Part shown: positions 18,139 to 27,197 of the stretch, in pieces | Position numbering within the stretch: position 1 is the first letter of the stretch | Layout: the number at the start of each line of letters is the position of its first letter | Source: an uncultured Bacteriovoracaceae bacterium | Lineage (GTDB): Bacteria > Bdellovibrionota > Bacteriovoracia > Bacteriovoracales > Bacteriovoracaceae | Assembly (NCBI GenBank): GCA_964353025.1 | Contig: CAYGUN010000001.1 | Span: 1-45,168, forward strand | Direction of reading: 5' to 3' | Length of the DNA stretch: 45,168 nt | The notes under the pieces: model-generated | The model's input: only the letters and a program-made list of their open reading frames with translations | Database searches by the model: none | Told to the model about the DNA's origin: nothing | Translations under genes and position numbers: made by a program

Positions 18139-19413
18139 ATGAACAGGTATGTCAAAATTTTATTAATCCTTACTTCAATTTTACTACCTAGCTCGGATTT
18201 AGTGGCCGCTGAGAGTATTTTCCTGGCAAAAGGAGAGCAACAAAGCATTAAGCTATTGAAATTAGGTCAATTCTCTATTGGTAATAAAGATATCCTCTCC
18301 CACAAATATATCGAATCAAAAGGCCAGTTCCTCATAAAAGGTAAGGCGGTAGGCTTTAGTGACCTCATCCTGTGGGAAAAAGGGAAAAAGCAGGTCTACC
18401 ATATCTATGTCTTAGATAAACGCTCCCAATTAAAAAACCAGCAACTTGAAGAAATTCTCAGTTCCCAAAAAATCCCTCATGAGCTTAAGGGAAACCTCTT
18501 TATTACTAAAGGTGAAATTAATGAGCTTGGCCAATATCTACTTTTAAAAAAACTGGAGCAGAAATTTAAAAACTCTTTATTTGTCCAATCTTACTTTTCA
18601 AATAAGTTACGAAATGAACTTATTGCAAAAGCTTACGAACAAATAATGGGTATCGGTTTTTATGATATCTCTTGTGAAGATGAGATGCTTACCATTAATT
18701 GCCTTTTAAATTCTGGTGACAAAAATCTTAAGCCAAAAATTAAATTTCTAACAGATAACTATTTCATCCAATTTATTCACACTGATATCAAGGATAATCA
18801 CCGGAACCTTAAGGTTAAATTAAAGTTTGTGCAATTTGAAAGACTTGACGGCGAAGAGTTCTCATTTGGTGCCCATAAAATTAATGCCAGCCTTGGTGAT
18901 TTATTTGACAAAGGATTACGCGCCCTCATTGAAAATAATATTCTCTCCTTATCTGAGAATAGTATCAATGTTTCAACACTGGCAGAGCCTGAAATAACCA
19001 TGCAATTAGAGCAAGAAGCCACCATTCGAGTCGGTTCTGAAATTCCCTATCAGGGAGTAAACAATTCAAATCAAGTCTCTATTATCTCTCAAACTCTATG
19101 GAAGTTTGCAGGCCTCAGAGTTAAAGTGAAAATGACCAAACTCAAAGAAGGCTATTCACTCACTTATACTAATGAATTAACTTCCCCCGATGCTCAGAAT
19201 ATCCAAGGCTCAAAAGAATCTGCGACTTTACTCGTTCCTTTAAATAAACCCACTACTTTATTTAAAATTGCTTTTAGAAGCCAGGCCGAATCAAAAGCTG
19301 GCATACCTTTTTTGAACGAAATCCCTCTGCTTGGAAGGATTTTTCGCTCTTCCAATAGAACTGACAACTTTAAACATATATATGGATATATAAAAGTAGT
19401 AACTGATGAATAA
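18139..19413 (+). CDS. Tad-type secretin (CpaC/RcpA family)
   Basis: From the ATG at 18139 there is a signal peptide, MNRYVKILLILTSILLPSSDLVAA. A CpaC/RcpA-type pilus N-domain follows (IFLAKGEQQSIKL...FSIGNKDIL...LIKGKAVGFSDLILWEKGKK..YHIYV). The secretin C-terminal motif GIPFLNEIPLLGRIFRS is present. The track start at 17947 would add a 64-aa Phe-rich extension. Confidence 0.8.
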   Translation: MNRYVKILLILTSILLPSSDLVAAESIFLAKGEQQSIKLLKLGQFSIGNKDILSHKYIESKGQFLIKGKAVGFSDLILWEKGKKQVYHIYVLDKRSQLKNQQLEEILSSQKIPHELKGNLFITKGEINELGQYLLLKKLEQKFKNSLFVQSYFSNKLRNELIAKAYEQIMGIGFYDISCEDEMLTINCLLNSGDKNLKPKIKFLTDNYFIQFIHTDIKDNHRNLKVKLKFVQFERLDGEEFSFGAHKINASLGDLFDKGLRALIENNILSLSENSINVSTLAEPEITMQLEQEATIRVGSEIPYQGVNNSNQVSIISQTLWKFAGLRVKVKMTKLKEGYSLTYTNELTSPDAQNIQGSKESATLLVPLNKPTTLFKIAFRSQAESKAGIPFLNEIPLLGRIFRSSNRTDNFKHIYGYIKVVTDE

Positions 19414-20485
19414 TTTAAGACAAAAATGCTATCAAGTTTCAACCCAGGCCCTCTCCCACGGCCATATTATTGACTTAGATGAACTCTTACTTGAGTTTGA
19501 TGAGCTTAACAATACTCAACGTGAGCAAATACATACTTGGTATAAGAATGTATTCGAAGTAGGTTATATTTATTCACTACTCTCTTCTGACATGTTAGAG
19601 ATTCATTTTCATAACTATCAAAATGTCACCATTCACAAAAATAACAAAGAAAATGAAACCCTTCGTATTGATTTGGAACCAGAGGACTTTCAACTCTCCC
19701 TTGAAATCATGACTTTAGTTAATGAGCAAAAATGGAATCAACTTAATCCTTTTGTTAGCTTTACCTTTAACAAAAACAATATGAAATTAAGGGCCACACT
19801 CACTCATGAATGTATTAGTGCGACGAAAAACTCTAAGCTATTTTTAAGAGTGTTACAGAAATCGAATTTCCAATTCCAAGACTATGGAATATCTCCAGTA
19901 CAAAAATCTTTTTTCGAAGAAATAATAAGAAGTAAAAAAAATATCATTATTTCAGGTTCAACCGCATCAGGGAAAACATCTTTTTTAAAACTCTTACTTT
20001 CACTGATTGATGAAAAGAAACATTTATGTATTTTAGAAGATACTCATGAACTTTATACTGAAAGCCCTTACTTCACTCATTTGTTACAAAATGAAAACTC
20101 AACGCTTAAAGATTATTGTGCTTATGCCCTCCGAATGAGTCCAGAAAGAATCATTCTCGGAGAAATCCGCTCTCATGAAATTGTGCCTTTTGTTCTTGCC
20201 ATGAATAGTGGACATCAAGGTATTCTCTCCTCTATCCATGCCAATAATGCGGAAGATACTCTCCACCGTATGGCCTTATTATTTAACTTATTCTCTGAAT
20301 CAAAAGAGATGACTTATGAGTTAGTTCTCGGACTCATTTGTAAGAATGTTGACTATATTGTCCATATGGAAAATAAAAAGGTGAATGAAGTGATTAAAGT
20401 AGTGGGGTCTGAAGGACCCCATATATACTTTGAATCAATTGACAATATTAGGCCCGAGTTAGTCTCTTATACTTCAATCGCTTAG
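19406..20485 (+). CDS. CpaF/TadA/VirB11-class secretion ATPase (short form, 359 aa)
   Basis: Walker A SGSTASGKTS, then LCILEDTHEL, ALRMSPERIILGEIRSHE and the His box NSGHQGILSSIHANNAEDTLHRM. The start overlaps the secretin stop (ATGAATAA). Confidence 0.85.
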   Translation: MNNLRQKCYQVSTQALSHGHIIDLDELLLEFDELNNTQREQIHTWYKNVFEVGYIYSLLSSDMLEIHFHNYQNVTIHKNNKENETLRIDLEPEDFQLSLEIMTLVNEQKWNQLNPFVSFTFNKNNMKLRATLTHECISATKNSKLFLRVLQKSNFQFQDYGISPVQKSFFEEIIRSKKNIIISGSTASGKTSFLKLLLSLIDEKKHLCILEDTHELYTESPYFTHLLQNENSTLKDYCAYALRMSPERIILGEIRSHEIVPFVLAMNSGHQGILSSIHANNAEDTLHRMALLFNLFSESKEMTYELVLGLICKNVDYIVHMENKKVNEVIKVVGSEGPHIYFESIDNIRPELVSYTSIA

Positions 20486-22127
20486 GCGTAAGAGAATCTT
20501 CTCCAAGTCTGCGTTTTTTATCTTCAAGATAATCCTCGAAGTTGCCTTCAAACCATATAACATTTCCTTCGCCTTCAAAGGCCAGGATATGAGTGGCAAG
20601 ACGGTCTAGAAAATACCTATCATGGGAAATAATAACTGCACAACCAGCATAGTCTTCTAATGCCTCCTCTAATGCTCTCAGGGTATTAATATCTAAATCG
20701 TTGGTCGGCTCATCCAGCATAAGAACGTTAAACTCTTCTGTTAACATCTTTGCAAGATGGACTCTATTTCTCTCACCACCAGATAACTCTCCCACTTTTT
20801 TGTGATGGTCATCTCCTGAAAAGTTAAATTTAGAAATATAGGCACGAGAGTTTACTTCCTTACCACCAATATTTAAAACATCTCCATTATTGGCAATTTC
20901 ATCTAAAACAGTTTTGTCTGAATCCATCAAACGCCCTTGATCGACATAGGCAAATTTAACAGTTTCTCCAAATGTAATTTCTCCTGAATCAGGTTTTTCT
21001 TGGCCCGCTATCATTTTAAACATGGTTGTCTTACCAGCACCGTTTGCTCCAATAACTCCAACAATTCCACCAGGAGGTAATTTAAAACTCATGTTTTCAT
21101 AAAGAACCTTATCTCCAAAGGCCTTAGTTACGTTTTCAAAGTTAATGACATTATTTCCAAGTCTTGGTCCAGGTGGAATCCACAAAGCGCGAGTCTCTCC
21201 TGTTTTTTCAATTTTAGAGTTTTCAAGCATCTTTTCATAATTCGCAACCCGGGCCTTACCCTTTGCCTGTCTGGCCTTTTGTGAACTTTTAATAAATTCA
21301 AGCTCACGTGCCATGGCCTTTTGCATTTTAGATTGCTCTTTCTGTTCTTGGGCCATTCTTTTTTGTTTTTGCTCTAGCCAAGAAGAGTAATTGCCTTCCC
21401 AAGGAATTCCTTTACCTCTATCAAGCTCTAGAATCCATCCCGCAACATTATCTAAAAAATACCTATCGTGGGTAATAGCAATAACTGTTCCCTTATAATT
21501 TTGTAGATGTCTTTCTAACCAAAAGACTGTTTCAGCATCAAGGTGGTTTGTAGGTTCATCCAACAGAAGAATTTCCGGTTCTTGTAAAAGCAGACGACAA
21601 AGGGCCACCCTTCTTTTTTCCCCACCAGATAAGACTCCAATTTTTTGTTCACTAGGAGGACATCTTAAAGAGTCCATAGCAAGCTCAAGTCTGCTATCTA
21701 AATCCCAAGCATTGGCCGCATCTAGTTTATCTTGTAATTTACCTTGTTTTTCTAAGAGAGCATTCATTTCATCATCACTCATGGGTTCTGCAAACTTAGC
21801 ATTTAATTCATCAAATTCAGTAAGTAGATCAACAGTCTCTTGAGCACCTTCTTTAACAATATCCATCACTGTTTTATCAGGATCAAGCTGGGGCTCTTGC
21901 TCTAAGTAGCCAACCCTATAACCTTTTGAAATATGTAACTCTCCATTAAAGTCAGTATCAATCCCTGCGATAATTCTAAGTAGTGTCGATTTACCGGCCC
22001 CATTAAGACCCAAGATTCCTATCTTTGCACCATAGTAAAAAGAGATTGAGATATCTTTTAAAACTTGCTTTTTGCCGGGATAAACTTTCCCACAGCGGTT
22101 TAAAGAAAAAATGACTTGCTTGTCCAT
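20448..22127 (-). CDS. ettA: Energy-dependent translational throttle protein EttA (ABC-F ATPase)
   Basis: 559 aa. Two ABC cassettes (GLNGAGKST / LSGGEKRR, GANGAGKTT / LSGGERNR) joined by a charged linker. Length and N-terminus are typical of EttA. Confidence 0.92.
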   Translation of the reverse strand: MDKQVIFSLNRCGKVYPGKKQVLKDISISFYYGAKIGILGLNGAGKSTLLRIIAGIDTDFNGELHISKGYRVGYLEQEPQLDPDKTVMDIVKEGAQETVDLLTEFDELNAKFAEPMSDDEMNALLEKQGKLQDKLDAANAWDLDSRLELAMDSLRCPPSEQKIGVLSGGEKRRVALCRLLLQEPEILLLDEPTNHLDAETVFWLERHLQNYKGTVIAITHDRYFLDNVAGWILELDRGKGIPWEGNYSSWLEQKQKRMAQEQKEQSKMQKAMARELEFIKSSQKARQAKGKARVANYEKMLENSKIEKTGETRALWIPPGPRLGNNVINFENVTKAFGDKVLYENMSFKLPPGGIVGVIGANGAGKTTMFKMIAGQEKPDSGEITFGETVKFAYVDQGRLMDSDKTVLDEIANNGDVLNIGGKEVNSRAYISKFNFSGDDHHKKVGELSGGERNRVHLAKMLTEEFNVLMLDEPTNDLDINTLRALEEALEDYAGCAVIISHDRYFLDRLATHILAFEGEGNVIWFEGNFEDYLEDKKRRLGEDSLTPKRLKYKRLTRA

Positions 22128-22197
22128 AAGACTCCTTTAAGAGTGAAATTTTAAGGCATTTAACCAAAGTTCACTCAAATGCGCAAAGGATAATGCG

Positions 22198-23046
22198 CTA
22201 TAGTATAAAAGAGTCTATCAGTGCGTAGAGATAGATAAAATAAGACGGCAATAAGAGAGTAAAAATAAGACTCAGTTTTAAAACCTGACTTACTTTTTCA
22301 AGCTCTTCCAAGATAAGTGAATACTCATTCCAAAGCTCTTCTTTTAAGTTTTCTAACTCCTCTTGAATTTGCCCTCCTCTGCGTTGGAAGTTTGAAATAA
22401 GACTCTCTAAACGATTGAGATAGATCTTAAATCTTCTTGGGTTCTGCTTAAAACTGCTCTTTAATTTTGATTGCTCATAGGCCTTTTTAAGTGGAAGTGA
22501 GGATTGGGTATTAATCTGAAAAATATAGAGTTTTTTTAAAAATGAACAAATAAAGCTCACCTTTAAATTTTTAAAATAACAAAACACGGGATAATAAAGA
22601 CAGTAAGCACTTGCCTGTAAAAGAAGAATAATAAACTTAAAGCTTGAGTCAATTTTGACTATCTCTAAATACTCGGTCGAAAATATCATGGCCCAAGTCA
22701 TGGAAGTTATAAGAAAAAATTGAATATACCCCTCAAGCACAATCTTTTTGACTCGCTTTTTGAATATCTCCTCTTTCATAAAAGATTTTTTAATTTTCCT
22801 CAAAGCTTCAATTGGTCTTGCTCCCGTTTTACGACCTAAGTCCAAGATATAGCTCACAAGTTCACCAAAAAAAGGATAGTCAGGAACCTTGGTCTGCCCT
22901 ATTTGCGAAGGAGCACTAATAAGAATTTGGCTTAAGAACGTGCCAAAATCGACTTCTGTGTTGACCTGCTTTCTATTGACACCTCTTGCCATTGAATAAA
23001 GGTATGAAAGAATCGTAACAAATATAATGTATAGCAAAAATTTCAT
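22198..23046 (-). CDS. Polytopic inner-membrane protein with two T2SSF (GspF/TadB/TadC)-like repeats; candidate pilus platform protein
   Basis: 282 aa with four hydrophobic segments arranged TM, about 87 aa loop, TM-TM, about 95 aa loop, TM. Both loops end in T2SSF-like strings (GRKTGARPIEALRKIKKSFMKEEIFKKRVKK...; RRGGQIQEELENLKEELWNE....LLLPSYF). The assignment rests on pattern only. Confidence 0.4.
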   Translation of the reverse strand: MKFLLYIIFVTILSYLYSMARGVNRKQVNTEVDFGTFLSQILISAPSQIGQTKVPDYPFFGELVSYILDLGRKTGARPIEALRKIKKSFMKEEIFKKRVKKIVLEGYIQFFLITSMTWAMIFSTEYLEIVKIDSSFKFIILLLQASAYCLYYPVFCYFKNLKVSFICSFLKKLYIFQINTQSSLPLKKAYEQSKLKSSFKQNPRRFKIYLNRLESLISNFQRRGGQIQEELENLKEELWNEYSLILEELEKVSQVLKLSLIFTLLLPSYFIYLYALIDSFIL

Positions 23047-23113
23047 AGCGAAATATTGACTTTAATCGGTAGATAAGTGACATTCAGCAATGAAACCTCC
23101 TAAGGATTAAGTA

Positions 23114-23332
23114 ATGGATCATAACCTTGAACAACTCAAGATTTATAAGGCAAAGCTAGACTTTATTTGCCAAAATTATGACCCTTTTAATAGCAAACCA
23201 TCTGAAGAGGTTGAAGACTTGATTAGCGAACTTGAGCTAAATTCACTACTAGAAGACCCTTTTCAGTTTACTAACCAATTATTACAACTTTTAGATAAAA
23301 CTCAGAACCAAATTCAAGAGCTTTACCAATAG
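23114..23332 (+). CDS. Small acidic hypothetical protein (72 aa)
   Basis: ORF located 10 nt upstream of the methyltransferase gene. Helical, acidic composition. No motif. Confidence 0.35.
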   Translation: MDHNLEQLKIYKAKLDFICQNYDPFNSKPSEEVEDLISELELNSLLEDPFQFTNQLLQLLDKTQNQIQELYQ

Positions 23333-23342
23333 TTTTTCATTT

Positions 23343-24518
23343 ATGAATATCCCCCAATACCCACTACACCCCGCAACTGCTAGAGAAATTTCCAAGGGCC
23401 ATTTTTGGGTAATTAAAGATGAATTCACAGAGAAAATACCAGCAGACACCTTTGAGTTTATTGGGCTGGATAATAAAAAAGCTATTGGTTTCTTTTTGCA
23501 TGACCCAACTCATAATAAGGTTAAGGCCAGACTCTGGACCAAAAAAGCAAATATTCCTTTCAACTTGGAGGAAAGTATTCTTTCCAGATTACAAATTGCA
23601 TGTAAAAAAAGAAAGACTCTCGAAATTGATAAATACAGAAATCACTACTATTTAGTCTTTGGTGAAATAGACGAACTTCCAGGATTAAATATTATAAAAC
23701 TTAATCATAACTATATCATCCAAACCAGTGCTTTTTATTGGACTAAATTTAAAAGTATGATTGTTGAGTTTATCCAAACTCAGTTTTTTCAAGTGGAAAG
23801 TGTCTTTTATCATGAAAGAAGTATTAGCTATTCGAAACAAGAGAAGCCTGAACTATGTTGGGGAGAAGTAAAAGAAAACTTTGTACAAGAATACAATTAT
23901 AAAATGAAAACATTTTTAGGCGAAAGCTATGATTATGGCGTTTACACAGATATGTCATCCATTAGAAATACTCTTAAAAATGAGCTCTTTAAAAGTAAGA
24001 AGGTCTTAAATCTTTTTTGTTATACGGGTGCCTTTTCCCTATTTGCAGAATTCAAAGGGGCCAATGAAATCGTCTCAGTTGATTCATTTAAAAAAGTTTT
24101 AAATACCCTTGAAGAGAATATTTCGCTAAGTTTTTTTAATCGCAGCAAACACACTTTAATTCATCAACCTTGTGAAAAATATTTCCAACAAAATGAAGAG
24201 AGATTTGATCTCATCATCTGTGACCCTCCTAGCTCATACTCAGTTAAAGGGAAAAGGAAAAAGAGTATTGATTTTTATAAACAATATTTGCGCGAAATGG
24301 ACCAACGTCTTAAGCAAAATGGCCATCTGCTTTTATATCTTAATACCCATAGCGTAAAATATAAAAAATTCGAACAAACAGTCATTGAAAGCTTAAAATC
24401 TAGTAAAAATAAGTATAGGATTGTAGAGAACTATGAACTAGGTGAAGACTGTCCTAAATCCGAAGGATTTTCAGAAGGAAATTATCTGAAAGGAATTCTC
24501 GTTCAAAAAGTAAATTAA
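23343..24518 (+). CDS. Class I SAM-dependent rRNA methyltransferase, RlmI/RlmK-like
   Basis: 391 aa. N-terminal PUA-like region, SAM-binding VLNLFCYTGAFSLFA, and the catalytic-site string DLIICDPPS. The architecture is that of 23S rRNA m5C methyltransferase RlmI. Confidence 0.75.
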   Translation: MNIPQYPLHPATAREISKGHFWVIKDEFTEKIPADTFEFIGLDNKKAIGFFLHDPTHNKVKARLWTKKANIPFNLEESILSRLQIACKKRKTLEIDKYRNHYYLVFGEIDELPGLNIIKLNHNYIIQTSAFYWTKFKSMIVEFIQTQFFQVESVFYHERSISYSKQEKPELCWGEVKENFVQEYNYKMKTFLGESYDYGVYTDMSSIRNTLKNELFKSKKVLNLFCYTGAFSLFAEFKGANEIVSVDSFKKVLNTLEENISLSFFNRSKHTLIHQPCEKYFQQNEERFDLIICDPPSSYSVKGKRKKSIDFYKQYLREMDQRLKQNGHLLLYLNTHSVKYKKFEQTVIESLKSSKNKYRIVENYELGEDCPKSEGFSEGNYLKGILVQKVN

Positions 24519-24546
24519 ACCAACTATCGATAATATTGGCCATCCT

Positions 24547-25530
24547 ATGATTGAAGTAAAAAACATTAAAAAAAGTTTTAAAGTATCTGTAAAAGAACCT
24601 GGTCTTAAAGGCTCTCTTAAATCTTTATTTAATAGAGAATATATTACTAAGGATGCCCTCAAAGGAGTCAGCCTTAATGTGAATGAGGGGGAAATATTAG
24701 GACTGATTGGTTCTAATGGTGCAGGAAAAACAACACTAGTAAAAATCCTCTCTGGTATTATCCATGCAACAGAAGGCGAAGCCCGCGTTTTGGGATACAA
24801 TCCTTGGGATAGAAATAATACTCTCCGCTCTCAAGTGGCCCTTATTATGGGACAAAAAGCACAAGTTTGGTGGGACTTGCCAGCATTGGATAGCTTTTTA
24901 CTGCTTAAAGAGATTTATCAAATACCAGAAAGTACTTATAAAAAGAATATTGAATTTCTCGCTGACTCACTAGGAGTTAAAGACCTACTAAGAACTCAGG
25001 TAAGAAAACTCTCTCTTGGCGAAAGAATGAAGATTGAGCTGATGGCAGCCCTTCTTCACAACCCAAGAGTTGTCTATCTCGATGAACCCACAATTGGACT
25101 CGACTTAACGGCCCAAAAGGCCATTAGGCATTTTCTACTCAATTACCAAAAAGAGTTTAAGCCTGCCATGATTCTCACTTCTCACTACATGGAAGATATA
25201 GAAAAACTTTGTAAAAAAGTGGTTATCATCAGAGAAGGCTCAGTCGTTTATAATGGGCTACTGGAAGATATTCGTAGGAACCATGCACCTGAAAAAATTA
25301 TAACGATTAACCTCAAGCAAGATGAATGGGATATGAATGCTGTCACAATTATTGCAAAAGAGCTGGGTAATATTATTAGTTTCCAAGAAGGGATTATCAA
25401 AATTAAAACTCCAAAAGATAATGTAGCTCTTACTTGCGAGAAGGCCTTATCAAAACTTCCAGTCCAAGACCTTAATATTGAGAATGCAGATATTGCGGAT
25501 CTGGTAGAGAAAATTATGGTGAAAGGTTAA
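24547..25530 (+). CDS. ABC transporter ATP-binding protein (ABC-2 type)
   Basis: Walker A GSNGAGKTT, signature LSLGERMK, Walker B VVYLDEPT, and a C-terminal extension. Confidence 0.9.
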   Translation: MIEVKNIKKSFKVSVKEPGLKGSLKSLFNREYITKDALKGVSLNVNEGEILGLIGSNGAGKTTLVKILSGIIHATEGEARVLGYNPWDRNNTLRSQVALIMGQKAQVWWDLPALDSFLLLKEIYQIPESTYKKNIEFLADSLGVKDLLRTQVRKLSLGERMKIELMAALLHNPRVVYLDEPTIGLDLTAQKAIRHFLLNYQKEFKPAMILTSHYMEDIEKLCKKVVIIREGSVVYNGLLEDIRRNHAPEKIITINLKQDEWDMNAVTIIAKELGNIISFQEGIIKIKTPKDNVALTCEKALSKLPVQDLNIENADIADLVEKIMVKG

Positions 25531-25532
25531 TC

Positions 25533-26345
25533 TTGAATAACTTAAAGTTACCTCTGACAATTATTTCTATGGAACTGCGAAAAATCATGGCCTATCGTTC
25601 AGACTTCTGGATCAATCAAGTGGGTCTTATCATCTTTCAAACACTCTTATCATACTCGTTATGGACAGCTATCTTTGAATACAAAGGCATTACTCACATG
25701 GGAGGGTATGATATTAATAGCTTTATTCAGTACTACCTCACTGTTGTTCTGGTTGCTAAATCCATGTTAGGTGAAGATATTGGCTTTCTTTCTCGAGAGA
25801 TTTATGAGGGCAGTTTAAATAAGTTTATTGTCTATCCTATTTCTATTTTCCGATTCAAGTATCTCACTTATATGGTTCACTCCATGTTCCATACTTTTCA
25901 AATATTCTTTATTTTTCTTATCACCTACCTAGTTTTTACACCCACAACCTTTACTGAAATCCCGTGGAGTTCATATTTTTTTGGCTGTATTGCAATGTTT
26001 TTATCCAGCTCTCTTTATTTTATTATGTCCTGTATCTTAGAAAGCGTTTCTTTTTGGGCAGAGTTTATTTGGTCATTAATGGTGCTATTAAGAATGACTA
26101 CTAATTTTTTAGGAGGAACTCTCATCCCTATATCTTTTTACCCTCAGTGGGCCCAAGATGCTCTGGTCTATACCCCCTTTCCTTATATTATTACTTTTCC
26201 ACTTAAAGTTTTTATGAACCAGTATACAATGGAGTTTTTTATTCAAAATACTCTTATTATTTGCTCATGGTCCCTACTCTTTTTTGGAATTTTTCTTATT
26301 ATTTGGAATAGAGGGAAATACCATTATACAGGAGTTGGCATATAA
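25533..26345 (+). CDS. ABC-2 family permease
   Basis: 270 aa with about six hydrophobic helices, immediately after the ATPase gene. The start called in the track is a TTG. Confidence 0.7.
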   Translation: MNNLKLPLTIISMELRKIMAYRSDFWINQVGLIIFQTLLSYSLWTAIFEYKGITHMGGYDINSFIQYYLTVVLVAKSMLGEDIGFLSREIYEGSLNKFIVYPISIFRFKYLTYMVHSMFHTFQIFFIFLITYLVFTPTTFTEIPWSSYFFGCIAMFLSSSLYFIMSCILESVSFWAEFIWSLMVLLRMTTNFLGGTLIPISFYPQWAQDALVYTPFPYIITFPLKVFMNQYTMEFFIQNTLIICSWSLLFFGIFLIIWNRGKYHYTGVGI

Positions 26346-26395
26346 GATACCTAAGGCTCTATCTTTATTTTTTAAGATTTTCTTTCTCTAAGGCC

Positions 26396-27127
26396 ATGCA
26401 ATTTAGAGTCGACTTCTTTTTTCGAATATTCATGGATTTAAATTATTATTTTATAAGTTTTGCCTTCTTTGAAGTTCTCTACCTCCACTCTGATAGTATT
26501 GGAGGCTGGAGTCATGAGCAGGCCATCGTCTTTATTGCAGGTAACTTACTACTGGATTCAATCGTTATGAGTATTTTCGCTAATAATATGTGGTGGTTTC
26601 CAGTCTTTGTAAATAAAGGCGACTTAGATATTTATTTAACCAGGCCCGTATCAACATTATTCTTTGTTTCCTTAAGAGATTTTTCCGCCAATAGCTTTGT
26701 CAATTTTCTTGTTGCTATTGGAGTTTACGCTTGGGCCTTGGCCACCTACCCAGGAGGCTTTAACTGGTGGCAAATAGTACTGTACACTATTCTTATTTTT
26801 AATGGGGCAACTCTCTACTATATGCTTAATATGATCTTCTACTTCCCGGTTTTTTGGACAGGTTCCCCTCGAGGTTTTGGAAACCTTTATTGGATTTTAA
26901 TCCATTCGATTGAAAGGCCAGATAGAATTTATAAAGGAATGCTAAGACTTCTTCTTGTCACGGCCCTTCCTTTTTGCTTAATGATTTCATTCCCTGCAAG
27001 GCTTATTCTCGAAGAATTTGATACTTCAATTTTAATGCATATTTTAGGAGTTTCTGCTCTAGCGTGGCCCGTGTATCTTTTCTTGTGGTCTAGAGGGCTT
27101 AAGGTTTATTCTTCTGCATCATCTTAA
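26396..27127 (+). CDS. ABC-2 family permease (second membrane component)
   Basis: 243 aa polytopic protein. The three-gene layout (ATPase plus two different permeases) matches the uncharacterised ABC-2 systems. Confidence 0.7.
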   Translation: MQFRVDFFFRIFMDLNYYFISFAFFEVLYLHSDSIGGWSHEQAIVFIAGNLLLDSIVMSIFANNMWWFPVFVNKGDLDIYLTRPVSTLFFVSLRDFSANSFVNFLVAIGVYAWALATYPGGFNWWQIVLYTILIFNGATLYYMLNMIFYFPVFWTGSPRGFGNLYWILIHSIERPDRIYKGMLRLLLVTALPFCLMISFPARLILEEFDTSILMHILGVSALAWPVYLFLWSRGLKVYSSASS

Positions 27128-27149
27128 GATGATAAACTTAATCAAAAAA

Positions 27150-27170
27150 AAGGGACTCTATCGGTCCCTT
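27150..27170. terminator. Bidirectional rho-independent terminator between convergent genes
   Basis: Hairpin AAGGGAC-tctatcg-GTCCCTT. It is preceded by an A8 run on the + strand, which is a T-run after the hairpin for the minus-strand fadD. It sits between the permease stop (27127) and the fadD stop (27198). Confidence 0.65.
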
Positions 27171-27197
27171 CTTATATACTACAATTTAAATTAGTCC

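Noticed and set aside
20448-20485. 38-nt convergent overlap of the CpaF-like ATPase and ettA as a regulatory feature
   Set aside because: End-to-end overlaps of convergent genes are common in compact genomes, and two other convergent pairs in this window also overlap. Nothing in the sequence indicates a specific function.
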